DNA of 63,809 bases, the filler included, from Moniliella sp. 'wahieum' (lineage: Eukaryota): the NCBI GenBank assembly GCA_003971905.1. It is 3 parts of 3 records of this genome, joined end to end, with 100 filler letters (N's around TTAATTAATTAA, not from the genome) between each part and the next. Parts side by side here need not be neighbours in the genome. Positions count along the whole stretch, not along the records: positions 1 to 24,955 come from RSEE01000181.1; 2 more parts are not named here. One strand, given 5' to 3'. The translations under genes and the position numbers were made by a program. This document shows, piece after piece, positions 10,154-23,116 of this stretch (positions are counted from its first letter, which is position 1; each line of letters starts with the position of its first letter). The notes beneath the pieces were generated by a model. That model saw only the letters and a list, made by a program, of their open reading frames with translations, did no database searches and was not told where the DNA came from.

Positions 10154-13100
10154 ATGGCCTCCGCCCCGCGCCCCCCAACCGCATCGAGCGCCTCCTGGCG
10201 CGTGCCAGCCTCCTCAAGCTCGACCCCGCCGCCCCCACCGCGCCGCGCGCCCGCCCGCCCGACCACCGCCCCCGCCGCCGCTCCAGCCACTCCTCCGACA
10301 GCAGCATCGAGCACGTCGCCCAGCTCGCGCCCGGCGCCCATCCCCCGTCCTTGCCCGCCAGCGACGACGACGACGACGACGACCACAAACAACACCACCA
10401 ACACCAACACCAACACCAACAGCGACGACGATGGCTCGTCTTCGACCCTATACCATACCCGCCCATCCTCCGCCCGCCGCAGCCAGCCCCAGCGCCAAGA
10501 GCGCCTGCACCCCATCCGCAAGCTCTCCTCCTCGACATGCAGACCCACCGCACCGCGCCGCCGTGCACCAGGCCATCAACCGTGCGCCTGCCGCCGCTTC
10601 GTCGGCAGCAGCCGTCGAGTTTGTCGGCAACACGGCCGTAACGTCGGCCGCTGCCGGTGGATGTGATTGCCAAGGGCATGCGCAAGGCGCGCGATGCGCC
10701 GCCCCCGGCGGCGGTTGAGCCGCTTCCCGGCGCCGCGGCCGCGCCGGCTGGGAACATGTCGACCGTCCTCCCGCAGGGCTACTCCACCACCGTGCTCGGC
10801 GTGCAGGAGACCGACAGCGCCCACGTCCAGGCGCTACACCCGATGGTCAACTCGCACAAGTTCCCAAGCTGTACCCCTACCCGACGCCGGTGCCCTGGGG
10901 CGACGCGAGCCTGATCAAGGTGCGAGGACGTTTGTGATTCTCTACCTTGTGTCTTGTTGTCTTCTCTCGTGTGGTACATGGTCGCGCTCCATTCGTTTCG
11001 GCTGCGTCCTTGCGGTTGTCCTGGCTCGCGTTCCTCGCGCCGCTCAGTCTGGCCGCGCGCAGTTCGGTGACCGTTGTGCGGGCGTGCTGCTGTGCATTGG
11101 GATTGCGATGGTGCAGCGACAGATCGAGAAGGAGCTCGAGTCGCGCGCGGAACACGCTGTTTACCAGCCGCACCAACGCACTGGTCCCGCCCATGCCGGA
11201 AAGCGTCGAGTGGCTCAACGCGTCGATTGCGGCCGTGGGGGAAAACAGATTGATCCGGCGGGTGTTTGTGCCGCTGGCAGACCAGGTGGAAGACGTGATG
11301 CAAATGTCGCTGCCGAGCTTTATCAATGCAGTCAAGGTGGACGACATTGGGATTGGCGTGCATGCGTTTCAGCTGGTCGCACTCCGCTCTTTGCGCGCCA
11401 AGACGCCCGACGGACGCCATGTGTCCTCCGCCACCGAACTCCACCACAGCCCTCGACAACACCACCAGGAACAACTACAACAACAACAAAAGCGGTCCTC
11501 GGCGCAGCCCGGCGCAGGTCGTTTCCCCGGTGCCTTCCCGCACCGCGGCGGTCGGCCCATGCAGGGTCTGGACCGGGGACCGGGCCGGCGGACGGGCGCG
11601 GGACCAGCTCTCCGCGTTCCCCGCCCCGCGGTCCCACACGCCCGTGTCCATAGCGCCAGGCCAGGCCACGGGAGCGGTGTAGCCAGTCGGAGCCGCGTGC
11701 GTCGTCGGGGGGGGTGCCTTTGCCTCGGATGACTACCACCCAGTCGCACGATACGGTCAACACGATGGCGCGTTGGAGCCTCCTGTTGATGTCGGACGGT
11801 GTGTCGGATGGGGACTCGTGTGGGATCAACAAAATTCGGAGCAGGTCGTGGAACGGGAAGGGTTGCGATCCAAGCTCAAGGAGCGTGTGCTTCCCGTCTG
11901 CGTTCTCCTGCCCCAGCGCGCTTCGGACCGAGGGGCAGGAGGCGATGCCGCCGGGCCCGAACGGCCACGAGCAAGGAGAACAAGGTGCGGTCGACGGCGG
12001 CGGTGGACGAAAGCGTGTCGCAGCAACGATCGACGGCAGCAGGAGACCTATGGTGTGTGGGCGAGTCCGGCAGAGAGCAGATCAATGTGCTGGACGAGTC
12101 GGGGGGTTTGTGCATCTGGAAGCATCGTTTAGCTACAGTGCGCGAAGGGCAGTCGTCGTGCCGACAACATCCACATGATGATCGTCTTTATTGGCGCGAT
12201 GGATCTGTCCAGATCCGTTCCCGGTGTGGGTGCAGATTGAGAAGCTTGCAGGCACGATCCGGTTGCGGGCCCAGTTGGTGGTGAGCCGCCGTACGTGCGC
12301 AACGTGACGTTTTCCTTGATGGGTGTGCCGCGGATCGAGGTATCGGTGGTGCCGATGGCGTCCAAGTTTGTCAATGTGCTGGACATCCGCTGGTCTCGGA
12401 CTTTGTCCAGTCGTCCATTGCCGCCGCGGCGAATGCGTATGTGGCGCCACAGAGCATGACGCTCAACCTGACCGACATCTTGTCGGGCGATGGCGTGAAG
12501 AAAGATACCGATTCGGTTGGCATCTTGGCCGTGCACATTGGCTATGCGCGCGGGCTCAGCAGCCAAGACGCCAATGGCTACTCGGATCCGTACATTATCG
12601 TGTCGCTGGCCAAGTTTGGTCGTCCGCTGTACTGGTCGCGCATTGTGCGCCGCGACCTGAATCCGGTGTGGAACGAGTATGCGTTTGTGCTGGTGACCAA
12701 GAACGACGTGAAGAACGACGAGATGCTGTCGATCCAGTTGTGGGACTGGGACCGGCACAGTCCGGACGACATTAACGGGCGCGTGACGCGGTCGGTGCGC
12801 TGGCTGATGCGCCAGCCCAATCAGTGGCACACGTACACCGACCCGCTGCTTGGGTTTGACGAGGACACGCCCATGGAGGGCCACTTGACGTACCGGGTGG
12901 GCTTCTTTGACAAGGCGCCGCTCGGCCAGGCGATCGGTGCCGCGTCGGGCCAGGTGGCGTTGGACGAGCTGGAGCACAAGGCCCACCACACGCTCGACGA
13001 TGTGGCGGTGCAGTTGCAGCGAAGCGGAAGAACGGCGGACGGAGCTGGCAGGGCGCCAGATCATGCAGGACCGGGACGAGGAGAATGCGTCGGACACGGA

Positions 13101-14803
13101 GAGCGTCAAGCAAGAAAAACTCGTCTTGAAGCAGAAGCGGACCGACCGCGCGCGCCGCGCCGCGATCGCGCTCGAGGCGGCCGAGACGATGCGCCGGCCG
13201 CCGAACCCGGCGTACCCGACCGGGATTTTGTCCGTCTTGGTCGAACACATTGAAGGGCTGGAGAACCGGGATGTGGAGCGCGGGTACATGGGCAAAGACC
13301 GCGAGGGCGGACAAGGCCAGGACATTGACAATGCCGATTCAACCAAGCGGATCCCGTGCGCGTACGCCGAGGTGCTGCTGAATGAGGTTATGGTCTTCCG
13401 TACGCGCACCAAGCAGTACACCAACGATCCCTTTTTCAATGCGGGCACCGAGGTGGTCGTACGCGACTGGCGCTCGGCCAACGTGACGATCTGTGTGCGC
13501 GATGCGCGCTTGCGGGAGCATGACCCCATCATGGGTCTGTCTGGTACGCTTCTTCACTGTCGCCTTGTTTTCGTGTTTTTTCTTCTTCTTCTTCCGTTTC
13601 GGCTTCGTGTGCGGGGGTAGGCGCTGACCGGCTGCTTGCTGGCTCTGTCCGTCTTGCTCAGCCTGGACCTGCCTGATTTGTTCGCCACGACATCGCAAGT
13701 GTCGCGCAAGTTTAGCTTGTCGGAGGGGTGGCGTTTGGCAAGGTGCAGTTGTCGTTTGTCTTCCGCTCGGTCCACCTCGACTTGCCCCGTCCGCTCCGTG
13801 GTGCCGAGACGGCGACGGTGGAGATTCTGGGGCCCATCACGCTCCGCTTCCCGCCCAGCGCTGAGGTGCAGGAGAAGGGCGGACATGCGCCGCTGGAGCA
13901 TGCCAGGGCGGCACGTACGACGCCTGGCAGCGTGCGCTGGCCGGGGCAAACTGATTGTGACCGTGGGCGACGTGGTGCGCAAGCTGGATTTGCGCCAGTA
14001 CAACCCGCCCGAGGCCAAGGCACACAGTTACCTGGCCCAGTACACGCAGCATGCCGATGACGACGACGGACAAGGGACAGGGGCAGCAGGGCAGGATGCC
14101 AACCCGGAGCAACCCATTTCCCTGCTCACCGTCCCGCTCTTTCAGCGGTACCTGACCTCGGTCATCTTTGGTGTCAATCCGCGCCTCGGCATTTCGACGC
14201 TGAGCGCGCGGAAAAAGTGCGATGCGTACGCGGCCCAATGGCTGGGCGACGTGCCGGACTGTGTGCCGGAGGGGACGATGGCCGGTGCGGTGGGCGGCCC
14301 GCTGGCGGGGGAGCAGGGTGGGAAAGAGACCGACGCGCCGATTACGTGGCTTTCGCTCCCGCTCTTGGCCGGCCCGCAAGCGGACATTGCGATTGGGAAC
14401 TACATTGGGTCCGAGGCCGCTGCGACGCACCAGTACGGCGTGGTGGGCGAGCTGCGTGTGGGGATTCGGCTCCATCCGGGCTTTGACCTGAACCACGAGG
14501 AGATCTTGCAAGGCACACCGACCGGCACGAGTGGGAGGTGTTCAATCGGTTGCGCGGCATGCCCAAGCGCGCCGAGATCAACTCGCATGCGAATGACGAT
14601 GGCGTGATTGATCGGCATGAGCGCGCCGAGATTCGTCGTGCGAAACGCGAAGCGTTGCATGCGCGTCATCGCGGGTCGTTTGGCTACTCGGCGGTCCGCA
14701 GCGCCTCGTGGGCAAGGACTCGCTCAAGAACCGGCTCAAGGAGGCCCAGCACAAGATCACAGGCCACGCCGGAAGGGAACAGGTCGTCTTGTCGGAAGTG
14801 TAG
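10154..14803 (+). CDS. mug190: SMP-LTD plus multiple C2-domain membrane-contact protein, Mug190-like (tricalbin/extended-synaptotagmin related); intron at about 13544-13620
   Basis: N-terminal hydrophobic segments, PESVEWLN, EPPYVRNVTFSLMGVPRIEVSVVPM, C2 GILAVHIGYARGLSSQDANGYSDPY...DLNPVWNE, second C2 PTGILSVLVEHI..RTRTKQYTNDPFFNAGTE..VRDARLREHDPIMG, and C-terminal HARHRG. Confidence 0.85.
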
Positions 14804-17800
14804 GCAGGCAGGCACCAATCGCCCAGTTGTACTTCTACCTGCCTCTCCACCACCGCCACCATCCCCATGTGCTTCTTTCCTGTGGGCAAGGGGATCGTTG
14901 CCATCGTTCTCTCCCGTCCATTGTTATCACTCCTCCGTAATCCTCTGCCCCTGTTCTCCTGTGCAATCCCAAAACGGCCTACTGTTCCTCTCAAGACTCA
15001 AACACGAATGGGCCACCCCCCTCTTTCTTCCCTTTCAGAACCTCATCCTCATCTTCATTCTCCATCCTCCATCCTCTGATCCATCCTCCATTGTTTCCGA
15101 GCACTACACCCTCCCACTCCAGCTCTCCTCCCCCCTCCGTTGTCTCTGTATCACTTTTTTATATGCACACAACAAGTCGTCTCGATCTCGGCGGTGTCGT
15201 TGCGCGCCACTGGCCCTCATCGGCATGGAGCCAGTTTTGGCGTGGCGCCCGGCACGTGTTGTGTTCTTTCATCATCCGTTTCCGTCCCCTGTTTCGCGTA
15301 CCCAAGAATCCATCCCAAACCTATTATGTTGAATGGCACCTGTCAGCAAAAAGTGTGGGTTGAACATTGACCACACCGTAGTGGCCTTCTTCGATATGGC
15401 CACTGCACCGTGCATTTGGAAGCTAGTCGGTGGACACCCTAAGATGTGAGTCCGACGCCTGTTGTGCCACGGATCAAGCTGAACTGGCCGGGGGGTGCGC
15501 CGACCACCAAAAACAGCATGTGTGACAGTTCTCGTTGGAACAACACCATGGGCCCAACAGCCCGCGCCTGTGATATTGAGTGTAGCATTGACTGAGAGGG
15601 TTCGATCTCATCTTTCAAGCGTTCCAGCTGGCCGCCACAACTGGCCACTGGTGATGCAGTAGGCCGGGGCCAAGCAGAGAGTGTGCATGGGATGAGCTCG
15701 TCTTGCTAGCCTGAATTCTTGTGTGGGAGGAGGAAACTAATACACACCAAAATTCCGAAACTCATCTTCACAGAGGGAGAGGTTAATGGGTTGGGGGGAG
15801 TTGGGGGTGTGGAAATGGCGCATGGACAGCACGAGTCCTACAAAGAAGATGGCGCGATGAGATGACGGACTGAGAGGAGAGAGGAACGCACTTGTGACAA
15901 TAAAAAAGCACATACCTAAAACGCAGCGTCGGCCCGTGCCCCCGGGGTATCATATAACAGTACAGCGCCAATGGTGAAGGGGAGAGATCAGAGCATCAAG
16001 GCATAACTGAAGTATCCTACCCCATCAAGTAAGCCCCGGGTCCAATGTTCCTGGTGGAAGCCAACAGTCTCGTGCCCTGGCAAGGGCAACGGACTATTAT
16101 AGTGCTCGGTGCATCTTCTCAAGCCGTCCCCGCGGTGCCGTACGCGCGTGCCGATCGACGGGAGTTTTGGGTGTTGTATTAGGGTTTTGTTGCGCGAAAC
16201 AACAGTAAGGACGCGCTGTCGGCCCGGAACTCAGTCGAGTACTCCTCAGTGTTCAATATAATACTTGGTTTGACTCGGGTACGAGTTGTGCTATTCGGTA
16301 GGCAATCCCCATCTCAGTACTAACGGAGACGCAGTGCTGAGCCTCAGCTTCTCGCCCCGCGGTGGCAGACTACTATGGGATAGCCAGGAGGCCTAGTAGG
16401 AGTATACTGTTAGATAATAGGAGCGGTCCAACCGCACAATTAGGAAGCGTTCATGTGGTCTCCTTGCTCTGGCGTCATGAATCACGAATCGTAACAGTAA
16501 CATCATTCGGTCGTCACCGCCATCCTGCAATGTGCGTTGGGTACAGAAGAATAATAACATGTACCAGGCCAAAGGGCCACCTCACCACCCACCAGTCGGT
16601 ACCAGATAATCGATCATCGCCGGTCCGTCGACGCTCAAGCTTCCAGACGGCTTGGAAGATCAGATGGATGGGTATGCAGTATGCTCGCTTCGGCGTTCAA
16701 CATTCACCGTATATATACGTTCACCGTATGCGTTTACCCCGAGCGGATGGAACTACTAGGGTGAGTGGCCGGTGGATGTTCCTAGGAGAACGCAATGGGT
16801 TATTGTTTTGGTGGCTGTCGGTGATTAAGGATTCCCGACCGAAGGACGCTGAGGATGAAAGGCCGATGAGCTGATTGCGGAGCAGCGATCATCCATCCTG
16901 CAGAAGTTAGGGTGTCTGAAGCTTGTTGTTGACGTTCAACGAACGTTGACCTACGTTGAGAGCGATGAGTTGATGAGATCTGAGATCCTGAGAGGCCGAC
17001 GTGTGTCAGAGCGGGTGTTCGGGCCAAGTGAGCTTGTGGGCGGCTGAGCGCTGTGCGGCTATATAGGCTCGATACGTAGTGTCTGCGTGTCTGTTTGCGG
17101 CAGTAATTTAATGCCTGATGCACTGATGATCGATGAAATCAATGCCACAGCGGACGCCCAACAGGAAACGCGAGTGGCTCGAGCGGGGAGCGTCGGGCCG
17201 ACGAGACAGAGACGATGGCTGGGGCTGCGAAGATGCTGAGGCAGAAGCGCCTCCGTCCATCGGTCCGCCGCGGATAATCGTTTCTGCTTAGCTTTGGGCA
17301 GCAACAGCGCACGCTTACTAGGTGGGCATAGAGGCACCACACGCCCCCAGCGCCCTTTATTCGGGACAAAACCCGTGGTACTACGACGCAGCAGGCTCTT
17401 CCTCTGACAGTCGGTCTGTCTGACAGGACTCCGTATTACTCTCAGTATAGCTACAGCAAGCAGGGTAACTGGTAAGTGGTAACCCCCCAGCACCCGCCCG
17501 GTGTCCTGGATGCTGCCCGCCCCCTCGTCCCTCTCCGGCCACAGACTCTTGCGTCACACCAAGAAAAACACGCCCACAGCCGATCGCATGGGGGAAGAGC
17601 CGCGGTGCGTGGGGCGCCCAGCGGTGCGCACGGGCCTCGAAACTCGCTGGGGGCAGCAGGACGCGGCAGAAGGCCAGCGGCGGCGTCTTGTCGTCTTGCG
17701 TGGCTCGGTGTGCGTGCCTGTCGTCGCGGCGTCTTGCCCGAAGGGCAAACACGATTATGCCTATGCGCACGAACTCCCAACGAAGCGCGCAGGCGAGTTG

Positions 17801-17924
17801 CGTCGTGCCTTTGCTTGTCGCCTTGCCCGCCGCTCCTCTCGGCAGTGGCCTGCTAAGCGACGAGCTGAGCAATGCGGCCGCCACCGCCTCACCAATATAT
17901 ACGCTTCTCGCAATGCCAATCTAG

Positions 17925-17931
17925 TATAAAA
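17925..17931 (+). promoter_or_regulatory. TATA box (TATAAAA), with a CCAAT just upstream, for the rds1-like gene
   Basis: tataaaa lies about 55 nt upstream of the ATG at 17983. Confidence 0.55.
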
Positions 17932-17982
17932 GCTCACTCCCCGCCCATCTCGTCCCTCGGCCTGTGCCCCACCTCCTTCCCC

Positions 17983-19388
17983 ATGCGTAGCTTCGCCTCC
18001 ACCAGCCTTCTGGCCGCGCTGCGGCGCCGCATCCCTCGCCTTCTGCCTCCCGGCCGCTGCGCCCGTGCCGTGCCCGTGCCCGCGCCCGCTGCCGCCCAAC
18101 ACGGTGCGTACCCGCGTGCGCTCCTCGAGCGCCTGCAGCGCCGGCGGCTTGCTCACGACCAGCTCGATGGCCTGGCCAAGCGCAACAAGCTTCCCGTTGT
18201 GCCCTACGCCGACCTGACCGCGACGAGTGACAAGCCTGGCGGCGTCAACTATACCGGCTACAAGAACCCCACCCCGGCCAATGCGCCTGGGGACAATCCG
18301 CACTACGTTGCGTTTTCTGCGTTTGACTGGCATTCGCTCAACTGTACGTTGTGTCCGTGCTTGCCCTCCTGCCTGGCGTGCTAAAGTGCGATCCGAGGTG
18401 CACACAGAAGGGCATATGTGGTTTCTCTAGCGTGCTGACATGACCATGGTTGTCCAGTGGTGGTGCACCAAGAGTTGATTGAGCTGGACCTGTTCAACTA
18501 CATTGTGGCCAAGTTTACGCCGGAAGAGTTCCATGCGTACGGTCTGACGGACGAGGATGTGTCGCTGATCCAGTTCTACGGCCAGCAAGAGATTGGGCAT
18601 GCACTGGTAGTGAGCAACCTGCTGGAGCGGGGGCGCCGCAGCAGTGCACGTTCCAGTACGCGTTCCAAGACTTGGGAGAAGCGTTTTTGTTTTCAGAGCG
18701 TGTGACGCGGTTTGGCGAGAGTGGCGTGTACGGTTTCCTGCCGTCGCTCGACAACCGTGCGTTGGCACAAATTTTGCTCCAGAGCATCACGACGGAAGCA
18801 CGGCAAGAGTTTACCCAGCGCAGTGGCTCGGCTGCAACCGAGCCCAGTCTGGTTCGAGACGGGCATCACGCAGTCCTATGCCTGGACGCTGCTTTCGCCC
18901 TGGATCAAGGAATGTCCGGCGCAACACACCCGTTGGCTGGTCCATCTTCCCCAAACTCAACATCACCAACAACCCCGACTCGATTGCCGCTGGGCGCAAG
19001 GCCGGTGGGCCGGCCATCACGCACAACGTCACCGCCTCTCCCACCCGGGGGACATTGTGCACTTCATGGGGCCCCGAGGGCGAAGTGCAAGGTCCGTACC
19101 GGCAGCACACAGAGATTCTCGCGTCGGACAAGACGCCGCGCTACGCGGCGTGGGTGAGCCATACAACGTGACTTACTCGGCGCTGGAGAATGTGAGCGCG
19201 ACAGGGGCGGGTGGGAAGGTGTGACGCGCTTGCCGGCGGCCAATCTTCCCGCTCAACGGCACACAGCCATCATTAACGAAACGGTTGTTGTGTCGTTGGT
19301 CAACGAGGCAGTGCCCTTGACGCCGCTCAACTTGAGCGCCATCAATCAGCATACCATTGCCGGGCCTCAGATCTACTATGCTGGTTAA
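17983..19388 (+). CDS. rds1: Secreted ferritin-like (Ferritin_2) stress protein, Rds1 family; intron at about 18344-18457
   Basis: Signal-like MRSFASTSLLAAL, FDWHSLN|..HQELIELDLFNY, QQEIGHA, RVTRFGESGVYGFL, QILLQSITTEARQ, VWFETGITQSYAWTLL, IAGPQIYYAG*. Confidence 0.9.
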
Positions 19389-19555
19389 GCGAGCGAGCGA
19401 GCAAGAAAAGGGGAGTCCGCGCTCGCGCAGTACTACTACGTCTCCCTCTTCCCCCTCTCTGTCCTTTCTTCTCGCCCTCTTTTCTCCCCCCCCGCCCTCT
19501 CTTCTTCCAGCCACTTTGGCCTCTTTTCAATTCTGTACCTTGGGCCAAAGTGCCA

Positions 19556-20336
19556 TCAATGACAAATGGCCCCGTTTTCCCACCTGACAATAGCATAGAG
19601 TAGAGGAGAGCGCCGAGCGCTGAGCGTCGAGCGGAAACACACGAGTGGGACATGGACTAAGACTAGGAGTAGGAGTAGGCTAGGCCGCAGGCGGGCGAAT
19701 ATCGTGAGCGCGGGCTTGGAGAACCGCAGCACGCGAGCCAACTCGACCTGGAGCGTATTGCGATCTTCCTCAGCCTCGAGCTGGGCCTGCTCCTCGTGAG
19801 GAATCGTAGCATGCATCGCCAATGCCGAGCGTGGCGCGGTCCAGAATGCGCTTCCAGCTTGGGACGTCAGACTGGGACTGGGCGTGTCGTGCGGGAGGGG
19901 CGGGAGGTCGAGGTGCTGCAGGCGCGCAGCGGGTCGACAGATTTTGTCCTTTCCCTTTCCTTCCCTTGCTCTTGCTTGACCCTTACCCTTGTCCTTGTCC
20001 TTGCGGGTCGGGGGGGGTTGTGCCTGTCGCGGACACGAGCGGGGAGGGCGAAGCGGAGGAGGCGGAAGCCGAGGCGGAGGGCAGAGGCGGGGGGGAGGGA
20101 GAGGCGAGGGCGAGGCAGAGGAGGGACGTAAAAGAACGCTGCCGCAGCCGGACGGTGCGAACTCAAGTCTTCTTCCAGCAGCGAGAGCAGCGCGTCGCCT
20201 TCTTTTGTGGCGGCGGCGGTCGGGCGGGGCGGGCGCGTTTCTTAGGGCAGAGGAGGAGGTAGGCGCGCTGCGCTTGCCCAAGCGGGGGGGGAGGCGTGGG
20301 TGCGGAGAGCGAGGGGCTCAGAGGAGGGTCGGACAT
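19556..20336 (-). CDS. Hypothetical Pro/Lys-rich protein (frameshifted)
   Basis: ATG at 20336 follows a C-rich leader. Segments KKRARP, DALLSLLEED, KDKDKGKG and EEQAQLEAEEDRNTLQVELARVLRF look coding. No family recognised. Confidence 0.4.
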
Positions 20337-20959
20337 GGCGCTGCGGATGGGCCGACGCGGTTGCGGGTGGTGGCGGTGTGGTGGTGGTGGATGGTGTGGT
20401 GGTGGTGGAGCAGCTGCTCCGCTAGGCTCAGGCCTCAGGCGCCGCGCGCATTCCGCCCGTGCTGGTTCCGCGGCCAACCCTAAGCTGCGCCCCCCGCCGA
20501 CGGATGTGGATGCTGAGGATGCGGAGTTGGGGGACGCCACCAGCCTCAAGGGCAGCACAGCACGGGGCAGTGCGTGCTGAGTCTGTGGCCGGGTGCGGTG
20601 CATGAGCATCCACGCGCCAGCACTGCCCCTGCTGGTGCCGCGGCCGCTGCGTGCGGGACGATCCACGCTGCGGGCACTGGCGGTGCGGGCCATGCCGTGT
20701 CCTCGGCCGGCGGCCACCACGGCCCGAGGCGGCAGGCGGCGGCACACAGCGGGCACCAGCCGCACACAGCGGCACCAGCAGCTGGCCACGCGCCCCGTGG
20801 CTTCCCCTGCCAGCGTCACGTTCACGTTGAAGTTGAAGGGTGACCGCCGGCCTTCACCTCCACCTGCCGCAAAAGCGCCGCCACCAACACCTACACCAAC
20901 ACCAACACCACCGCCACCGCCAGCGCCACCGCCGCCCTCGCCACTCTCTGCCGCTGCCG

Positions 20960-21804
20960 ATGGCACCCACCTTTCGTCCTGGTGGCGGTCCTGGCTGTGC
21001 TGGTGCGTGCTGCGCAGCCGCTGCCGCAGGCGCCCGCGCCGCCTCCAGTGCTGCGCCGTCGCCCGCCGCGTCCAGTGGTGCCTCGAGCGGCGCAGTCAGC
21101 ATCCCCGCCTCCTACCCGACGGCGGCATCAGTATGACCAGCCGCAGCAGACGGGCGACCCGTCGTACTACAAGATCGCAAGTGGTGAGCTGGTCACGTTT
21201 GGGTGGAACTTTTACCTATGTGTTGGCGACGCCCAAGACCATCATGGTCTCGGCCGTGTGCAGCGACAATGCCAACACGTACGACCTGGCTGGTCCCACG
21301 GGCATCCCGGTAGTGCGACCCAGTTCGTATGGGACGTGTATGCCTACTCGACCAATGCGCTCAAGAGCAGTTGCCGCCCTTGGTCCAGGCCTCGTACCGC
21401 CTCATTGTGCGCGACCCCGAGGTGACCTCCCTCACCCGGGCAAGATGTCGGAAAATTCCAAAATTGACATTTGCCCTGTACAACCCGCAGGCCTACACCC
21501 CTTTGCACGTACGTCGAGTTCTGCTCTATTTCTGTTTATTTCTGTTCTCTTTCTGGTCTGGTTGGGTCGGTGGGCTGTGCCAGTTCGGTTCGGTGGTAGG
21601 GGCGCTTGCGCTTGCCCAGCTTGGTTTGCTGCGTTGGGAAGCTGGCAACTGACCTCTCTCCCTTCCCCTTGTGTACAGAATGGACGGTGCCGAGTGCAGT
21701 GGTGCGGGCGCTGGCGCCCGCGCGGCCGTCGTATGGGGCGCCCTGCTCTGTTCCTCGCTATGGCCATTGGCGGGTACAGCGTTCTTTCCCACCTCGGGCT
21801 CTGA
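20960..21804 (+). CDS. Conserved fungal secreted or GPI-like surface protein (resembles the S. pombe SPBC1E8.05/DUF7137 type); intron at about 21509-21678
   Basis: Signal peptide MAPT.VLVAVLAVLVRAA, Ser/Ala-rich linker, MTQPQQTGDPSYYKIASGELVTFGWNFTY, WDVYAY, LTFALYNPQAYTPL, and a hydrophobic C-terminus. Confidence 0.7.
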
Positions 21805-22589
21805 GTATGGGGGCTGCGCTGCCGTGGCTCGGGTTGCGGTTGCGTTTGCGTTTTGGTGTGCCATGTGCCATGTTACGATTCATGTTTTTTTTTTTCGCTC
21901 TGCCGTGCTTTTAGCCCCATGGGGGGTTGGGGGGAGGAAGGCAGGACAAGGCACCAAGACATACCATGCCGTACCATGCCATACCATGGCACGACCAAGC
22001 AAAGCCTCCCTTGTTCTTCCATCGTGTTCTCCCTTGTCACATGTCATTGTTCTTCTCACTTGGGCCGTGCCCTGCGCCCTGCGCCCTGCGCGGCCTGGAC
22101 TGGACGACGCTGCCTAGCCTTCCCCGCTGTGCCTGCCCCTTGCCACATCGATCATCAGACGATAGAACGAACGATAGAGAGAGACTTGCCGTCGTGGGGG
22201 GGAAACTGATTCAGTCCCAGTTCGGGTGCGGGGGCACGCTTACCGCCGTACGTCACCCCGCCTCGTCCTTTTCCTGCTCCTGCACCTGCTCCTGCTGCAG
22301 GCAGACCTGATGGGCGGGGCGAAAGACGAGGCACAGCTACCCCCGCGGGGCAAGACGAGGTCCGGGATGGAGGGCGCGAGGGGCGCGTGCACCCCCGGCG
22401 GGGAGAAGGAGAAGGAGCCGAGACGGATGTACCCGGGGTTTGCGCTTGGTCGTCTGCCCACGAGCCGGGAGGGCTAGTTGGAAAAGACAAAACCAAAAAG
22501 ACAGGTAGACAGGTAGACCGACAGACGGTCGATCGATCGATCAGAGGGTCTCTGCTTGGGGAATCTCTCATCCCATCCCCCCGCCTAGC

Positions 22590-22595
22590 AAAAAA
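22590..22595 (-). terminator. Pol III oligo-T terminator of tRNA-Glu
   Basis: T6 on the minus strand, one base after the discriminator. Confidence 0.8.
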
Positions 22596-22596
22596 G

Positions 22597-22691
22597 TTCC
22601 CCAACCGGGAGTCGAACCGGGTCTTCACGGATCCACCGACTGCAAGCAGGGGGTGTGAAAGCGTGACATCATAGCCTTGGACCATTGAGGA
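22597..22691 (-). tRNA. tRNA-Glu(UUC) with a 25-nt canonical intron (22655-22631)
   Basis: Acceptor stem TCCTCAA/TTGGGGA, anticodon arm TCACG-CT-TTC-A^C-CGTGA, T-loop TTCGACT. The T-stem appears one G short, probably a homopolymer error. Confidence 0.92.
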
Positions 22692-23116
22692 GGGATGTAT
22701 GATGTGCCATCATTCGTGGGGGAGAAGCAAGAGCGCGAGAGGACAGGGTGAGAAGACAACGTGGAGGCGCACGCGTCACTCGCTCGGGAAAACGCCGTTT
22801 GCGGGAAGGGGTATCTGCGCTGGCGTCACGTGCCAGTGGGTGGCGCGCGTCACGTGCAGACGAGCCCAATGGGGCTGCGCACAATGCCCCGGGCGCGCGC
22901 ACAGCCGCGGCGGGTGCTAGGGTTGGGCGGCGGCTGCTCGCAGCGGAGCTACGTAGCGGGGCAGGGCGCAGGGTGTGTGCGTGGGCCGGCCGCGGCGAGC
23001 GAGGCGGGGGGGCGGGTGCTATGCTAGCTGCTCCTCCACCGCCACCATCGTCCCTCTTATTCCCATGGCCATGGCCCGCGCGCGGACGCCGCGTGGTGGT
23101 GCAGTGGGCCGCCGCC

